Shown: piece by piece, positions 21,925-32,044 of the stretch | Numbering within the stretch: position 1 is the first letter of the stretch | Layout: the number at the start of each line of letters is the position of its first letter | Source of the DNA: Octopus bimaculoides | Taxonomy: Eukaryota | Assembly: GCF_001194135.2 (NCBI RefSeq) | Contig: NC_068991.1 | Coordinates: forward strand, 74,354,491-74,386,534 | Reading direction: 5' to 3' | Length of the DNA stretch: 32,044 nucleotides | Made by a program: the position numbers and the translations under genes | The notes under the pieces: model-generated | The model's input: only the letters and a program-made list of their open reading frames with translations | Databases searched by the model: none | Told to the model about the DNA's origin: nothing

Positions 21925-22060
21925 AGATGATAATTAAACAGTGCTGTATTGGCGGAATATCCTTTCCAATGTACAACAAAATCTGTATCAACAGCATAAA
22001 TAGAAAACAATACACACATATATTATTAAGTATATATATATATTAATGACTCTTTTCGAA

Positions 22061-30585
<8,525 letters not shown>

Positions 30586-30929
30586 CTAGAAAATTTAAGA
30601 AAGATGTTTACATCCATACATACATCCATCCATACATACATACATACATACACGTACACACTCACACCACACATACATAATACATACATACATACACGTA
30701 CACACTCACACCACACATACATAATACATATATATCAACAGAAAAAGTACAGTGAGATTGGTGTAGTAAAAATCCAGCGTTTCGGAAAAGGTCTTTCTTC
30801 AGGAAAAAATTAACGAGAGTGAATGTAAAGAAAGACATCAAAGTTTTACATCTATGTTTGAGAAACTGGTTGCAACTCAAACATGAAATATATCAAACTC
30901 TGCCATCATTTTACTACTGTTAATTTGTC

Positions 30930-31805
30930 CCTACAGAATGACTCTATCCGAAGCGTTGGATTTTGCACTCCCTCGGGAAATTTCATTGTATAAACTGGTT
31001 CTTGTCGACGCCTAGAGTCTCCCAGAGAACGTCGTCGCACTTAGCCACTACTAACCCTCTCCAGAACGCCATAGTGAAATTTCCACCGACCGCATTGCCC
31101 GGCCGACAGAAGAGTGTGAGCACTTGACGACACACTAGGTGCCAGGCCCTCTACCTAGGTCTACGCTTGATCCAGTACTGCAGCTCAGTCAAAGAGATAA
31201 GTTGTGGGAAATCGCATCTGACAAACGGTGACCACACATGATCACCATCTAGGAAGCGCTGGAGATGCCACAGCCTCAGCGCATGTCTGCGCATCAGTAG
31301 CCACGGCATGCCCAGCCTCCCATTTAGCGGGTGTTGACAGCAAATGGAGCGCTTGACCAGTGGAACGCGTCCCTTTCACAGAAAGCGAAATTGTAGGCGC
31401 TCCAGTTTGGTCAGACTCGGACCAGGACAGGGCACGACGGTGAGGCAGTATTAGATGACGGATGCGATATAAGGGATAGCTTTCTTTCAGCTCATTTCTG
31501 GGTGAGATTGGCCACCCTGCTCACCATCTCGTCCTAGTTTTCCTCCACCTGGAGAGCTGGACCGAACCAGACTTCGAGCAGGTTAACGGATCCTTCCGTC
31601 CAGCGTCGCACGATGCTGTTAGAAGGAATGGACCTGCCTCTCCAGGTGCCGAGTTGCAGGCTCTCTGACTTCTGGTTAATTTTTGCTCCTGTCACCGCCT
31701 CGTATTCTTTTTGAGGGTGCCGACCAGGTTTATGTGCTTGGTGTTCGACACTATGACGGTGAAATCATACGCGTATGCCGACACGGTTCTCCCACGCCCT
31801 AGTTC
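30930..31805 (-). mobile_element. Tx1/L1-clade LINE ORF2 fragment (RT catalytic motif to thumb/C-terminal region), pseudogenised
   Basis: SAYAYDFTVIVS (degenerate YADD), EYEAVTGAKINQKS, LEVWFGP, RKLSL, YIASVI*YCLTVVPCP, LERLQFRFL, LNGRLGMP; several stops and frameshifts. Confidence 0.85.
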
Positions 31806-31821
31806 GGTAATAATAATAAAA

Positions 31822-31859
<38 letters not shown>

Positions 31860-31997
31860 GATTTTAAATTTTGCCACAAGGTTAGCCATTTTGAGGGAGG
31901 GGATGTGTCGATTATATCATCCCGTGTTCAACTGGTAATCGACCCCGAAAAGATGAAAGGCATAGTCGACCTCAATGCTGAACCTATTGATAAGAAC

Positions 31998-32044
<47 letters not shown>

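Overview
AT-rich, microsatellite-dense eukaryotic scaffold segment with nine N-gaps. The repeat families (tRNA-derived SINEs, Penelope-type ends, RTE, R4/Dong-type and Tx1/L1 LINEs, Tc1/mariner relics) match what I recall from octopod cephalopods, so this is probably an Octopus draft assembly; that assignment is not verified. The one confident gene is the 3' part of an SLC22-family (MFS organic cation/anion) transporter on the minus strand: four canonically spliced, phase-consistent exons at 30585-30500, 29134-29014, 28439-28367 and 22270-22061. A weaker two-exon minus-strand transcript (6282-6131, 5843-5751) and two promoter-like motif clusters (about 930-1240 and about 10600) are also visible. 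Nearly all ORFs in the supplied track are microsatellite, N-gap or TE artefacts. The most interesting observations are: two minimal hammerhead-ribozyme motifs in inverted Penelope-like termini flanking an R4/Dong relic; a perfect 26-bp hairpin of pre-miRNA size; an in-frame splice chain into a start-less Tc1 DNA-binding domain; a 3-nt microexon-like unit inside a Helentron-type element; a fold-back mariner made of two 5' ends; and neutral residues at the charged selectivity positions of the SLC22. All alignments were done by eye and no database search was run.
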